A stretch of DNA of 30,694 nt from Planctomycetota bacterium (GCA_045047305.1 JASFYO010000026.1:1-30694), one strand, 5' to 3'; counted from the stretch's first letter, positions 10,463 to 20,412 are shown. Program-made: numbers and translations. The notes: a model not told the origin generated them from the sequence alone.

Positions 10463-13018
10463 ATGAATCGCATGCTGCTCCTGACGCTAGTCCTCCTATC
10501 CCTTGGAGCCTGGGCACTCTGGAGTTTCCAACAAAACGATGAGAACGTGCGCCCCACCGCAGATGGAATTCTAGAGGCCTCTCCGCCGGGATCCTCTATT
10601 TCCGGCCAACCAGAGGCGCGTTCACTTAAGCCTCAAGAGGCCATCGAGAGAATCCCCGTTGCTGTTGGGGAGAAAAAACCTGCGCAAGCTGATTCCAGCA
10701 AGCATGGACTGCTTATTTTGAACGGGCTAACGCAGCAACCAGTGATCGATGCCGAGGTCCTAGAAATCCATAGAAGCTGGGAAGACGCATCCTTCCTTCT
10801 CTATCAGCATGCCAGCTTGGATTCGGATTGGTTCCGTTTGGACCCTTCACACCTAATCCAACATCGTTCGGATGAAAACGGATGGGTATCTATAACCAGA
10901 CTTGGAAGTAGTGCGCATTTCGTTGCGCGCAAAAAAGGATTCGTTGGAAGCGGGTTTTTCGTCTGGTCCCGTGCCGAAAATCCCGCTGTGATGGAACTGT
11001 GGCCGGATTCATCGTGGCAAGTACAAACCATCGGGAGCAACGGTAAGCCTAAAGCCAAGATTGCCGTCGGCGTGCAAGAGTGGCGCGACCGAAGCTTCGA
11101 ACACCCTTTTATTTCACGAGCAGTGACGCAGTCGAATGGGATTGCCGAGCTGTCGCATACCTACAGCATCAACCATGGTTGGAAGCTCGAAGGAAAACGT
11201 TTTCGCGTCAGCCCAGCCATCCCGTTAAAGGAAAATGTCTCGATCGAAGTGGATCTTGAGCACCCCCCGGCCGTACCCATCCAACTTCGCTTGCCACCTA
11301 CTGCCGGAATGGATGTCCTCGTTCTCGAAGCGGATGGTACTCCCTTACACGGCGGGTTCGGGCTTAGCCTAATGGTTGACACAAACCCCATTTCGGGAAG
11401 GAGCCAAGAGGAAATAGACCGCCTAGCTCATGCTGGAAATGCCTTCCAGTTCGAACGTGCAGGCTTTGATGGGAAATCCCGTTTTGAAGCCGTCGGACTC
11501 GGACTGGATTTCCTAATCCATGTAAACCCGTATGTCTCTGATTCCTTCTACGCAATGGCAAAAGGACCAACGCATCCTGGGGAGGATTTTGTATTAACCG
11601 TTCAGCGGCCCGCCCCTCGTGGATTCAAAATGCGCTTGGTGGACTCCCATGGCAGTCCACTTGCACAAGGGTCCTGTTGGATCCAGATTGATCTCGAGAG
11701 AGAGGGTGAGGATTCAAGCCTTGGACTTGGCCGTGGCCCAGACATCGACCAAGAAGGTTTTGTACGAATCATTCTCGACGAAGATGAAATAGATTTCCTT
11801 GAAGGCGCTCAATCCGCTTTCTTTACTCTGGAAGCTAGAACTGGGGACCCGGTTTCGGTCTACGAAGCCAAAGGCAACCTCCCTACATCTGCTCTGCATG
11901 AGATAAAAAATCTTCCCGACCTGGAAGTGCGCCTACTCCCAATTTTAGCTCAGGGGAAATTCCTATACCCCGATGGAACTCCCGCACGATCAGTTTTTTG
12001 CAGTCTTGAAACCGTCACCATAGAAGATGGAAAGGAAGAGTGGGATTGGGCAGCTTCGGGGTATTCGGACAAGAGTGGGGTATTCCGCCTCATGGGGAAT
12101 CCGCCGCGCGGGCCTACCCGTTTTACAGCCTTCAAAAGGGGTTACTTACCCATAGAGCTAGCAAGAACTCCAGCAGAAAACGCTGTGTTCACTTTGGACA
12201 AAGGAGCACGGATTCGCGGAACGTGGAAGCTCCCCACAGGTCTCGATACCTTCCCCATCTCCATCCTTATCAAGCCGAGTAGCGGGGATGAAGGCTCCTG
12301 GAAAAGCCCCAATGCGCAAAAGCTAGGCGCATCGAACTTCGAATTACAAGCGATGACCGAGCAGATGGTGGATGTCGGTTTAGCGGCACGCCTAGGCAAA
12401 GTGATTCTCGCGCAGGTGCCCCAAGTTTCGCCTTGGGTGGACGAAACGCATGCTGACCGCCGCTTATCTCCCATCAGCATTCGCAATCCGTTGCATTCCT
12501 TCCAGCTGGAGCTCATCGACGCAAAGCAGAATCCGGTCCATGGAGCAGAAATCCAGCTTCTCGACACCAGCTTTGAACACCAAAAAGAACCATTCCGAGT
12601 AGCTTGGGATTGCAATTTGGTTTTGCCGGTGTCCTCATCCATAATCAGGATTACTGCTCCCAATTTCCGTTCCAGAGAAGTCGAAATCAGGGCAGGGAAG
12701 CAAGAAGTAGTGCTTGAGCCGGGATTCCAAGCCTTTTTCCCAATCCACGACCTGCCCACCTTGGAAGAGGGAAGCCGCTTAGCCATATGGGTTGATCCAA
12801 AGTATTCCTTCTTAAGTCAAGTCGATGCGACCTTCTCTCCAGCGCAAACCATTCAATTCACCTTTGCTGAGAGCGGCTTGCACAGAATGGTGATTCACAT
12901 TATTCCACCAGGGAAGTCCCCCGGCGAAATCACGGATCAGTTCTTTATCGACTTTGAATTTATGCTCCTAAATCAAAGCGAAGCACAAGCCATCCTTGCG
13001 GAAGTATCCGACCACTAA
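10463..13018 (+). CDS. N-terminally anchored exported protein with carboxypeptidase-regulatory-like modules; paralog 2
   Basis: 851-aa ORF 15 nt after pgk; hydrophobic N-terminus; motifs LVDSHGSPL, YPDGTP, LDKGARIRG and DRRL align in order with paralogs 1 and 3. Confidence 0.75.
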   Translation: MNRMLLLTLVLLSLGAWALWSFQQNDENVRPTADGILEASPPGSSISGQPEARSLKPQEAIERIPVAVGEKKPAQADSSKHGLLILNGLTQQPVIDAEVLEIHRSWEDASFLLYQHASLDSDWFRLDPSHLIQHRSDENGWVSITRLGSSAHFVARKKGFVGSGFFVWSRAENPAVMELWPDSSWQVQTIGSNGKPKAKIAVGVQEWRDRSFEHPFISRAVTQSNGIAELSHTYSINHGWKLEGKRFRVSPAIPLKENVSIEVDLEHPPAVPIQLRLPPTAGMDVLVLEADGTPLHGGFGLSLMVDTNPISGRSQEEIDRLAHAGNAFQFERAGFDGKSRFEAVGLGLDFLIHVNPYVSDSFYAMAKGPTHPGEDFVLTVQRPAPRGFKMRLVDSHGSPLAQGSCWIQIDLEREGEDSSLGLGRGPDIDQEGFVRIILDEDEIDFLEGAQSAFFTLEARTGDPVSVYEAKGNLPTSALHEIKNLPDLEVRLLPILAQGKFLYPDGTPARSVFCSLETVTIEDGKEEWDWAASGYSDKSGVFRLMGNPPRGPTRFTAFKRGYLPIELARTPAENAVFTLDKGARIRGTWKLPTGLDTFPISILIKPSSGDEGSWKSPNAQKLGASNFELQAMTEQMVDVGLAARLGKVILAQVPQVSPWVDETHADRRLSPISIRNPLHSFQLELIDAKQNPVHGAEIQLLDTSFEHQKEPFRVAWDCNLVLPVSSSIIRITAPNFRSREVEIRAGKQEVVLEPGFQAFFPIHDLPTLEEGSRLAIWVDPKYSFLSQVDATFSPAQTIQFTFAESGLHRMVIHIIPPGKSPGEITDQFFIDFEFMLLNQSEAQAILAEVSDH

Positions 13019-15528
13019 GCGTTACGCTTTTCCACCCCTTCCAAGGCAGCGTAAAGCGAATCCAGCTTCAGCGGCTTGGTCAGGGTGATATCCATGCCAA
13101 CATCCGAAAATCCAGTTGCGTCCTCTGCGCGAGCGTGTGCCGTTAGGGCGTAGATAGGCACGCGCTCGCCTTCGGCTTCCGCCGCACGGATTGCAGTCGT
13201 GGCTTCCGTGCCGCTCATGTTGGGCATCTGAACATCCATCAGGATTAAGTCCCAACCACCCTGGGCGGCCATGGCTACCACTTCTAGCCCATCATTCGCA
13301 ACCTCAACTTCACACCCAAGCTTATCCAAGTAGCCGCAGGCAACCCGTTGGTTGATCTTATTGTCCTCGGCTAAAAGGATGCGCAATCCAAGATGCTTAT
13401 GCTCAACCACCACCGCTACCGAGCCCTCACTTAACTCATTGTCACTACGGCCAAGCTCTTTGCGCAAAGCATTGCCTAAGGCGTCCATGCGCACAGGCTT
13501 ACTCAAACAAAGCGCGACACCTGCCTGTTCTAAATCGGCTTTGGAAATGGTGTCCCCTGCGGAAGACAGAATAATGATCGTCGCTCCTTTGATGCGTGAA
13601 TGCTCTCGGATTTCCTCAGCAAGCTGCATGCCATCTTGAACTGGCATCTGCATATCGAGAATCACTAAATGGAACTTAGGACCGTTTTCGCGCGCCAGAA
13701 CTTTACGCGCAGACTCACCACAGTTGGCCGCAATCACTTCGCAACCCCAGTGTTCCAGTTCGCCTTTCAGAATATGGCGATTGGTGGCATTGTCGTCCAC
13801 AATCAGAACTTGGCTATGCTGCAGATTGGAAAGCGGCGCTAAGCGTAATCGTGAAGCGCAATCTCCGCAGACTTCCAAGGGAATCGTTGCGGTAAAAGTA
13901 CTCCCCTTGCCAACTGCGCTGGTTAATGAGACCTCGCCGTTCATCAAGATGGCAAGCTGGCGACAAATCGTCAGCCCTAATCCGGTACCCCCGAAGTTGC
14001 GCGTAGTGGAGCCATCGGCCTGAGTGAAACTTTCAAAAACCGCATCTCGGCGATCTTCCGGGATTCCGATTCCAGAATCCTTGACGGATAATTGGATTTG
14101 GTAGATGTCCTCCTTTTGCTCCACCACTTCCACTTTGATATTCACTTCCCCCTGCTCGGTAAACTTGATGGCGTTACTGGTGAAGTTGGTGAGAATCTGT
14201 CGAATACGAGTGACATCGCCGCGGAATGCTCGCGGTAAGCTTGGCGGAATATCTACTGTGAGGTCAATCCCCTTGCGGAATGCGCCTGATCCGAGCATCG
14301 AGCCGACTTCCTCCACGGCCTGACGTAAATCAAACTGCACATGCTCGATATCCAATCGTCCTGCTTCGATTTTCGAGAAATCGAGGATGTCGTTAATTAC
14401 CGTGAGCAAACAATCTGCTGAAAGGCGGACCGACTCCACGCATTCGCGTTGCTCCTCATTTAGGTCGGTAAGACTCAACAACTCGGTCATGCCGACAACG
14501 CCGTTCATGGGTGTCCGGATTTCGTGGCTCATGTTAGCCAGGAATTCAGACTTCATTTTGCTCGCCTCTTCCGCTTCTAAGGTCGCAGCTTCCAGCGCTT
14601 CACGCATACGCTCATTCACAATCGCCATGCCAATGAGTTCTCCAATCTGTTCCAACATAGCCACACGACTCGCAACCCGTACTGGGTTAGGGTCGGTGTA
14701 CAAGAACAGGATCCCGTGACAATCGCCATCGGCCATAAACGGAACAATGTAATGTCCATGGTTGGTCATGCCATCAAACGAATGATGGTGGCGCGGATCA
14801 CAGAAACAGTCGTCGGAAACGACCATCTCGCCATCACGGGCAGCGATACCGCAAAGGCAGCTACCTAAGGAAACATGCTGCTCCTTCTGCCGGAATTCAT
14901 CAGAGAACTTCCCGCGCATGAACATCATGTCGAGTTGCTGTGCGCCTTCTTCGCGCAGGAACACACCACCCTTCTTCTGCAGTTCCAAACCACGCATGTT
15001 GATCAGCGAATCTAAAATTTTCGTCAAGCGTTCTTGCAGAGTCCCTTGCTCTTGCAGAGTGCGGCCCGCAAAGGCGCGGAGCTCAGCGGCTTCTTGCTCA
15101 ATAAGCTCCTCTTCACGCAGCTTATTCCGCGCATCGACGTCCTTCATACGAAGCACTGCTTGAGGTCCACTGGTCCCTTCGCCCGGAAGCGGAAGCACCG
15201 AGACTTCTGCCTGGAAGATAAAGGGGTCTGGTTGATTCTCCTTGCCTAACATGGGTAAAGAAAACGGACCGTTCCTGCGACAGATTAAGGTTAACTTACA
15301 CGCCTTACCTTCGCGCAAAGCTGTGCGAAGGACCAGGAATTCTTCCGGCGAATACTTCTCGCAGCGCAGTAAACGGAGATCAGACTCTTGCCACTCCTGC
15401 TCCGAAAATCCTGACAAAAGCGCCAGATCCGAGCAATCGCCCAACACTTCGCCTTCACGGCTGAGCAGCGCCATAGCCTCGGTAGGGCGTGTCAGTGGCT
15501 CTGTGATGGATGTGATGGATGGATTCAT
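13015..15528 (-). CDS. Cytoplasmic hybrid sensor histidine kinase (degenerate PAS-like, GAF, HisKA, HATPase, 2 receiver domains)
   Basis: H-box FLANMSHEIRTPMNG, N-box NAIKFT, G-boxes DSGIGI and GGTGLGL; receivers VDDN...DMQMP...KP and AEDN...DVQMP...KP; no transmembrane segment seen. Confidence 0.95.
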   Translation of the reverse strand: MNPSITSITEPLTRPTEAMALLSREGEVLGDCSDLALLSGFSEQEWQESDLRLLRCEKYSPEEFLVLRTALREGKACKLTLICRRNGPFSLPMLGKENQPDPFIFQAEVSVLPLPGEGTSGPQAVLRMKDVDARNKLREEELIEQEAAELRAFAGRTLQEQGTLQERLTKILDSLINMRGLELQKKGGVFLREEGAQQLDMMFMRGKFSDEFRQKEQHVSLGSCLCGIAARDGEMVVSDDCFCDPRHHHSFDGMTNHGHYIVPFMADGDCHGILFLYTDPNPVRVASRVAMLEQIGELIGMAIVNERMREALEAATLEAEEASKMKSEFLANMSHEIRTPMNGVVGMTELLSLTDLNEEQRECVESVRLSADCLLTVINDILDFSKIEAGRLDIEHVQFDLRQAVEEVGSMLGSGAFRKGIDLTVDIPPSLPRAFRGDVTRIRQILTNFTSNAIKFTEQGEVNIKVEVVEQKEDIYQIQLSVKDSGIGIPEDRRDAVFESFTQADGSTTRNFGGTGLGLTICRQLAILMNGEVSLTSAVGKGSTFTATIPLEVCGDCASRLRLAPLSNLQHSQVLIVDDNATNRHILKGELEHWGCEVIAANCGESARKVLARENGPKFHLVILDMQMPVQDGMQLAEEIREHSRIKGATIIILSSAGDTISKADLEQAGVALCLSKPVRMDALGNALRKELGRSDNELSEGSVAVVVEHKHLGLRILLAEDNKINQRVACGYLDKLGCEVEVANDGLEVVAMAAQGGWDLILMDVQMPNMSGTEATTAIRAAEAEGERVPIYALTAHARAEDATGFSDVGMDITLTKPLKLDSLYAALEGVEKRNA

Positions 15529-15552
15529 AGGACTAAAAGAAAGCTCTTGAAT

Positions 15553-15581
15553 CTATCGGCAAAATATTAAAATCATTTTAG
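15553..15581 (-). promoter_or_regulatory. Putative sigma28 (FliA)-type promoter of the hybrid kinase
   Basis: CTAAA(15581-15577)-N16-GCCGATAG(15560-15553), 24 nt before the ATG. The known consensus is TAAA-N15-GCCGATAA. Confidence 0.5.
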
Positions 15582-15740
15582 GTTTATCCCTTCATCCACT
15601 GAGCCTGCCACCCCACACTCCTCCCCGGTCGGTGGAATGCATACCGTCCGAGGAGGCACAACAGGAGTTAAGCCTATGAGACATGGAACTTCTCACTGGG
15701 TACCCGATAGCGTAAAGTCGAGGTGCGAGAACGCCCTCCA

Positions 15741-18293
15741 ATGCAAAAAAAATACCTGCTAGCCCTTTTGATTCTCGGTTTAGGGAGTCTCCTTTTTTGG
15801 GTTTCGCTGGAATCGAATCAAGCCTATCAAACCACACTTAGGGAGCTCGGTTTTGAAGACTCTACGACTGCGGAATCTGCTCAAGAAACCTCCCAAGCAG
15901 CACTTGATGCTGTGGAGAGAAGCGCCGTAGAAAGTGGGTTGCTGAAGGGACAAACGGCAACGTCGGCCCCATCCACCCAGGCTGATGGCATGCTCATCGT
16001 TCTGCGCGACGGCTCCTCTGGATTGCCTGTCGCCAATGCCAAGGTCTGGACCTTCCCCTATGGCAAGCCGGAGTTCCAGCCCGAAGCCCACAGCTTACTC
16101 ATGCAGGGAGTGTCGCCGGAATTGGTGGGCGAACGATTCCACCCACCGGTCATTTCAAATCAACTCGGCCAAGCATGGATCACCTATTACCCCAAAGGTC
16201 AGGCCGTGGTTGCACGCAGCGCCGACCGTTACGGCTGGAATCCGCAACACCACCAAGATTTGCGCTTGCTGGAAATGTGGCCCGAATCCTTGGAAGAATT
16301 ACAGGTGCGCGATCATCGTGGCCATGCACTCCCTGGCATTCCTGTCGGCTTGACGCGTGTTACCGAAAAGACAGTCGAATTTATACTGGGCTCCGTGGTG
16401 CTTACCGACTCCGAGGGAACAGCATCCTTTTCCCATTTCGCGAATTGGAGAGCGCTGCCCAAAGCAGAGCAATTGCAAATCCGTCCCTTCCTTCACCTCC
16501 GTGATCCTTTAGGAATCCCACTACTGCAATGGGCGCAAAGTTCTGTGCATGCATGGACTCTACCCCCACTTGGGCGGTTGAAAATTCAAGTGGTCGACCA
16601 GCAACATGAGTTATGGACAGAGCCCATTCCAGTGCTGCTTGCGATTGATCCAGAACCAGAACGAGGATTTACACAAGGACGACGTCCACCCCACCGCTAT
16701 CCCTCAGGTGGGCTTACCCAGATATCGCATGATGGCGTCGCTGAATTCCCCTTTGTGGGCCTCGGTCTCGATTTTGCTGCTGCTGCCCCCACCGCCGACC
16801 CAACAGAATCGACGCGGGCCTTTGGCCGAGGGCCGTGGCAAGAGGGCCAAGTTGTGGTGCTGGAGGCCAAGCCACTTACGCAGCCCACCACCTTGCGATT
16901 CCGTGTACTCGACCTCCACGGAAACCCATACATCGGTAAACCACTTTGGATGAAGCTGGACCCTACCGGTTGGCTTAGCCAAGAGATTTCCATAGCTACC
17001 GACAAATTGGGGGTCGTCACCTTCGACCTCCATCCGAATCAAATTCATGACCTGAACAGCACTGCTTGGTTTAGCTTAAGAGAAGAAGAAACTCCCGGCC
17101 AGCGCTGCAACCGTGCACGGGTCGAGGTCCCGAAAATGGAGACCGGAATTCTTGATTTAGGCGATGTCGCGCTCGAAGATTCTGGCCCTTATTTATCCGG
17201 GGTGGTCATTGGCTCCCAAGGCAAACCGCAGCCTGGCGTTGTCATTTCCGTGACCTCCCCCGAGCCTGTAGCAAGTAATCCTTTCGAGCTTTATGCCATA
17301 ACCAATGAAGCCGGTCGCTTTTTTCAAGACACGCATAGCGCTCCAGCCATCACGCGTTTGTCGGTTCACCATACTGGTCTTCCCGTAGAGCTCGACCTTG
17401 CTCGTGATACCCAAGGGATTCGCATTGTCTTAGAGCCTGGTCTCACACTCGATGGCACCATCCTCCCTCCAAAGGGAATGAAGGCCGCCGATTTATCCAT
17501 CGCTTTTTTAGATGGGAATGGAGAGCGCACCACCTTCATTCAGAATCTCCGTGGCGACGGCACCTTCCACCTCGATGGTCTGGATCCCGGGCTAGGGAGT
17601 TTGGCGGTTTATGACGATGCCTACGTTTCGGTTATTTTCACCCTCCCCGATTTACAACCGGTTGCCGTTGGGCAAGCCTCGGATGCGCGTATCAACCCAC
17701 TCGACCTTAGCCAGGCTCTACTTTCCTGCGATCTGCGCGTGGTTGACGAAACTGGAGCGCCCATCAAGGGAGTGCGGGTCTACCGCCTTGAGCAGAAAGA
17801 GAGCTATCAATGGGTACTTACAGATCATGAAGGGTTCGCAAGTATTCCTCTGGTTCAACAAAACGCACGCATTCTTTTAACTGCAAAGGATTTCCGCCCA
17901 CAATATGTTTCCATCCTCGACGGAGCAAGGACCGTCGTGATGAAGCCAGGATTCCGCACACGGATGCAGCTGAATCCGGTTCCAAAACTTCCGCATGGGT
18001 ATGCCCTCGGAGGTGCGTTTTGGCTTCGAGACCAAGAGGTGCAAAACCCAATCTCTACTAGCATGGTCACATTCGAGGCCAACGGCTCCACTCTTGCAGA
18101 CCTCCCTGGAGCCGGCGATTTACATGCCAGCATTTGGGTTCTTCACAACGATGAGTTCCTCGGGTTTTTACCCGACTGGCATTCCAGCACGCCCTACAAC
18201 TTCGTCAAGATCGACGAAGTTGATTTAGGTGCGGAAGTCATCATTCCAATTTCTTTGGAGCAGGTCGATGCCCTCATCCATAGCTCAGACTAA
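15741..18293 (+). CDS. N-terminally anchored exported protein with carboxypeptidase-regulatory-like modules; paralog 3
   Basis: Likely start ATG 15741 (MQKKYLLALLILGLG...); motifs VRDHRGHAL, LTDSEG, VLDLHGNPY, LGDVAL, VVDETGAPI and AKDFRP are collinear with paralogs 1 and 2. Confidence 0.75.
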   Translation: MQKKYLLALLILGLGSLLFWVSLESNQAYQTTLRELGFEDSTTAESAQETSQAALDAVERSAVESGLLKGQTATSAPSTQADGMLIVLRDGSSGLPVANAKVWTFPYGKPEFQPEAHSLLMQGVSPELVGERFHPPVISNQLGQAWITYYPKGQAVVARSADRYGWNPQHHQDLRLLEMWPESLEELQVRDHRGHALPGIPVGLTRVTEKTVEFILGSVVLTDSEGTASFSHFANWRALPKAEQLQIRPFLHLRDPLGIPLLQWAQSSVHAWTLPPLGRLKIQVVDQQHELWTEPIPVLLAIDPEPERGFTQGRRPPHRYPSGGLTQISHDGVAEFPFVGLGLDFAAAAPTADPTESTRAFGRGPWQEGQVVVLEAKPLTQPTTLRFRVLDLHGNPYIGKPLWMKLDPTGWLSQEISIATDKLGVVTFDLHPNQIHDLNSTAWFSLREEETPGQRCNRARVEVPKMETGILDLGDVALEDSGPYLSGVVIGSQGKPQPGVVISVTSPEPVASNPFELYAITNEAGRFFQDTHSAPAITRLSVHHTGLPVELDLARDTQGIRIVLEPGLTLDGTILPPKGMKAADLSIAFLDGNGERTTFIQNLRGDGTFHLDGLDPGLGSLAVYDDAYVSVIFTLPDLQPVAVGQASDARINPLDLSQALLSCDLRVVDETGAPIKGVRVYRLEQKESYQWVLTDHEGFASIPLVQQNARILLTAKDFRPQYVSILDGARTVVMKPGFRTRMQLNPVPKLPHGYALGGAFWLRDQEVQNPISTSMVTFEANGSTLADLPGAGDLHASIWVLHNDEFLGFLPDWHSSTPYNFVKIDEVDLGAEVIIPISLEQVDALIHSSD

Positions 18294-18522
18294 TTCGCAA
18301 AAGTGCCCATCGCGTTCGATCTATTGAAAAAACTGAACTACCTGCCACCAGGCACTAGCCTCGGTCGCTATTGCTGAAATGAATACACGCCAGGTTGAGC
18401 AATATTCTGAGCACCAAAGCCAGACGACCACGTTCGGACTGAAATATAGTGCTTCGGTTAGCCCTTAGATCTCCTGCGGAAGTGAATGCTAAAAGCAAAA
18501 CAAGAGACTAAAAACGCATGGG

Positions 18523-20412
18523 TTAAGGCTTCAGGTAGATGACCTGGGAATCCGTGTTGGTCAGCAAGGAGTTTCCTCCCCCTGCGCCTCTTGCAATCGC
18601 TGCTTGAAAATAAATGCTTACCAACGGAGCCGTTGGTGGAACGGTCAAAGTAACAATCGCATGACCAGAGGCATTTGCCGTTGCAGTCACAAACAAGGCT
18701 GCCGGCGCCAACAGATCCAACTGTAAGCCCCCAAGCTGAGGAATTACAGGGCCTGCACCCAAACCGATAAAGCTATTGGCAATGAAAACCGTCTCACCGG
18801 GCAAAGCATTAAATACGGAGAAGGTGGATTGGACTTCCGTCACGATGGAAGTCACCGCAAGTGAAGGCTGCGCGGTCACGCTAGATTCATAACAGCCCAT
18901 ATCTACCTGGGTTCCCAATACGCGGGATGCTCCGTCTAGGCCAAGCGTGGATCCAGGAGGCAGCAAGTTATTGCTTCCGCTATTAAGGCAGGGTGAATCG
19001 GCAAGCAAATGCAAATCTCCATTTTGCCAATCAACGAAATTTGGAGATTGATCTATGCAGTTAGGGTAGGCATTGGATTCAACTGGATCTTCGTTCAGTA
19101 GCTTTTCCCAAAGCTCTTCTACAGCGCAGTTTGTGAGGTTGATTTTCCCCACGAACTGGCGCTTCAAGACCGGAGTCTGGTCTTCCCCTGGCAAAGCAGT
19201 AGGCCCATCGTTGAAGAATAAAATACAATTATTCACCTCTACCGCTTGGATAGAGTTCGTCCAGATTCCAGCGCCCTTATCGCAGTAGTTGTTCACAAAG
19301 GTGCACGAGTCGATGGTGCGGACCATGCCAACCGGTGGATCAGAAAAGATGCAGATAGAGGCGCCAATGTCACCGTCGTCAACAAAAGAATTAATCGGGT
19401 AAGGCCGTGCGAAATTATCAAAGAAACGAGAGTTGCTCACGGCAAGCCCATTGTAAGCCGTGATGGCTGAGCCTCCATTTCCAAACCCGCCACTAAAGTT
19501 GCACCGGTCTACCATAAGGTCACCTAATCCGTAAATCGCCGCACCGTAACTCCCGGAAAGATCACCTTGGGCGAACCAATTTCCGATTTGGTTATCGATA
19601 AAATTGCAGCCGCTGAAGTTGGCTACGGAAGCAAATCCGCCATAGAAGGCTGAACCGTCATTGCGTCCACCGGTAGTCACGGTGTAATGATTCACAAAAT
19701 CGCAGTCGGTAAAGGTTGCGCTGCCATTGTCTAGCCAAACGCCAGAAGCAGTGCGAGCAAAAGTGTAGCCATCCTTGATGGTGCAACCTTCAAACACTGG
19801 GTCTCCGCCATCGATGTAAACGGAAGCTCCATAGGCGTAACTGTTATAGCGGAAGGTGCAATTGCGGATGGAAGGGCTTCCATTCCTCATGAACAAACCA
19901 GCTCCTAGGTCGAAGGAGGGAGCGTTGACGCCATAACCGGCAACGATACTGAATCCATCTAAAACGGCAGTGCTATCAACGCCACTTGCATCGACAATGC
20001 GCCCACTATTATCCAATTGCCCAGACCAACCAAATTGCCACCAATTGGCAAATGCCCCATAAGTATCATCGCCTAATAAATCACCATCTAAGAAGGTTTC
20101 ATGCAGAGCAACATCGCGTTGGGAGCGCAGAGTTTCGATACCCACAAACCCACCCAGAATCTCCACCTGATTTTTTAGTTGAAAGGCAACCGTGACTTGG
20201 CCTGCGAGCGCTGGTCGGTAGCGTCCCTCTGCCACCCAAATTTCACCGACCGAAATTACCGCAAGCGCATCCTGTAAATCCACGAAAGCATCGGCCCAAC
20301 TGGAACCATCGTTAGCACCTGTTGCATCCAAGTCTACGTATACGGTTTGCCCAAAGGCGTGTGAGGCTAGACCAAACACAAGAATGGCCGCGGTGAAAAG
20401 GTTGGAAAGCAT
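18523..20412 (-). CDS. Secreted right-handed parallel beta-helix (pectin-lyase-like / choice-of-anchor Q-like) protein with an extra C-terminal domain
   Basis: Signal peptide from ATG 20412; VYVD..ATGANDGSSWADAF.DLQDAL...IWVAEG.Y.P start; repeated (N/D/G)C.F..N strands; L...SPCLNSG...R.....VDMG.YE end motif. Confidence 0.8.
   Translation of the reverse strand: MLSNLFTAAILVFGLASHAFGQTVYVDLDATGANDGSSWADAFVDLQDALAVISVGEIWVAEGRYRPALAGQVTVAFQLKNQVEILGGFVGIETLRSQRDVALHETFLDGDLLGDDTYGAFANWWQFGWSGQLDNSGRIVDASGVDSTAVLDGFSIVAGYGVNAPSFDLGAGLFMRNGSPSIRNCTFRYNSYAYGASVYIDGGDPVFEGCTIKDGYTFARTASGVWLDNGSATFTDCDFVNHYTVTTGGRNDGSAFYGGFASVANFSGCNFIDNQIGNWFAQGDLSGSYGAAIYGLGDLMVDRCNFSGGFGNGGSAITAYNGLAVSNSRFFDNFARPYPINSFVDDGDIGASICIFSDPPVGMVRTIDSCTFVNNYCDKGAGIWTNSIQAVEVNNCILFFNDGPTALPGEDQTPVLKRQFVGKINLTNCAVEELWEKLLNEDPVESNAYPNCIDQSPNFVDWQNGDLHLLADSPCLNSGSNNLLPPGSTLGLDGASRVLGTQVDMGCYESSVTAQPSLAVTSIVTEVQSTFSVFNALPGETVFIANSFIGLGAGPVIPQLGGLQLDLLAPAALFVTATANASGHAIVTLTVPPTAPLVSIYFQAAIARGAGGGNSLLTNTDSQVIYLKP

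Noticed and set aside
12142..12786. 214-aa antisense ORF and the many other short overlapping ORFs in the track
   Set aside because: They are shadow frames of well-supported genes, with no recognisable motifs.
13015..13018. Overlap of convergent stop codons (paralog 2 and the kinase)
   Set aside because: A 4-bp convergent overlap is common and not informative on its own.
18294..18522. 229-bp gap between convergent genes as an sRNA or gene remnant
   Set aside because: I found no convincing hairpin, terminator, repeat or recognisable reading frame by eye.
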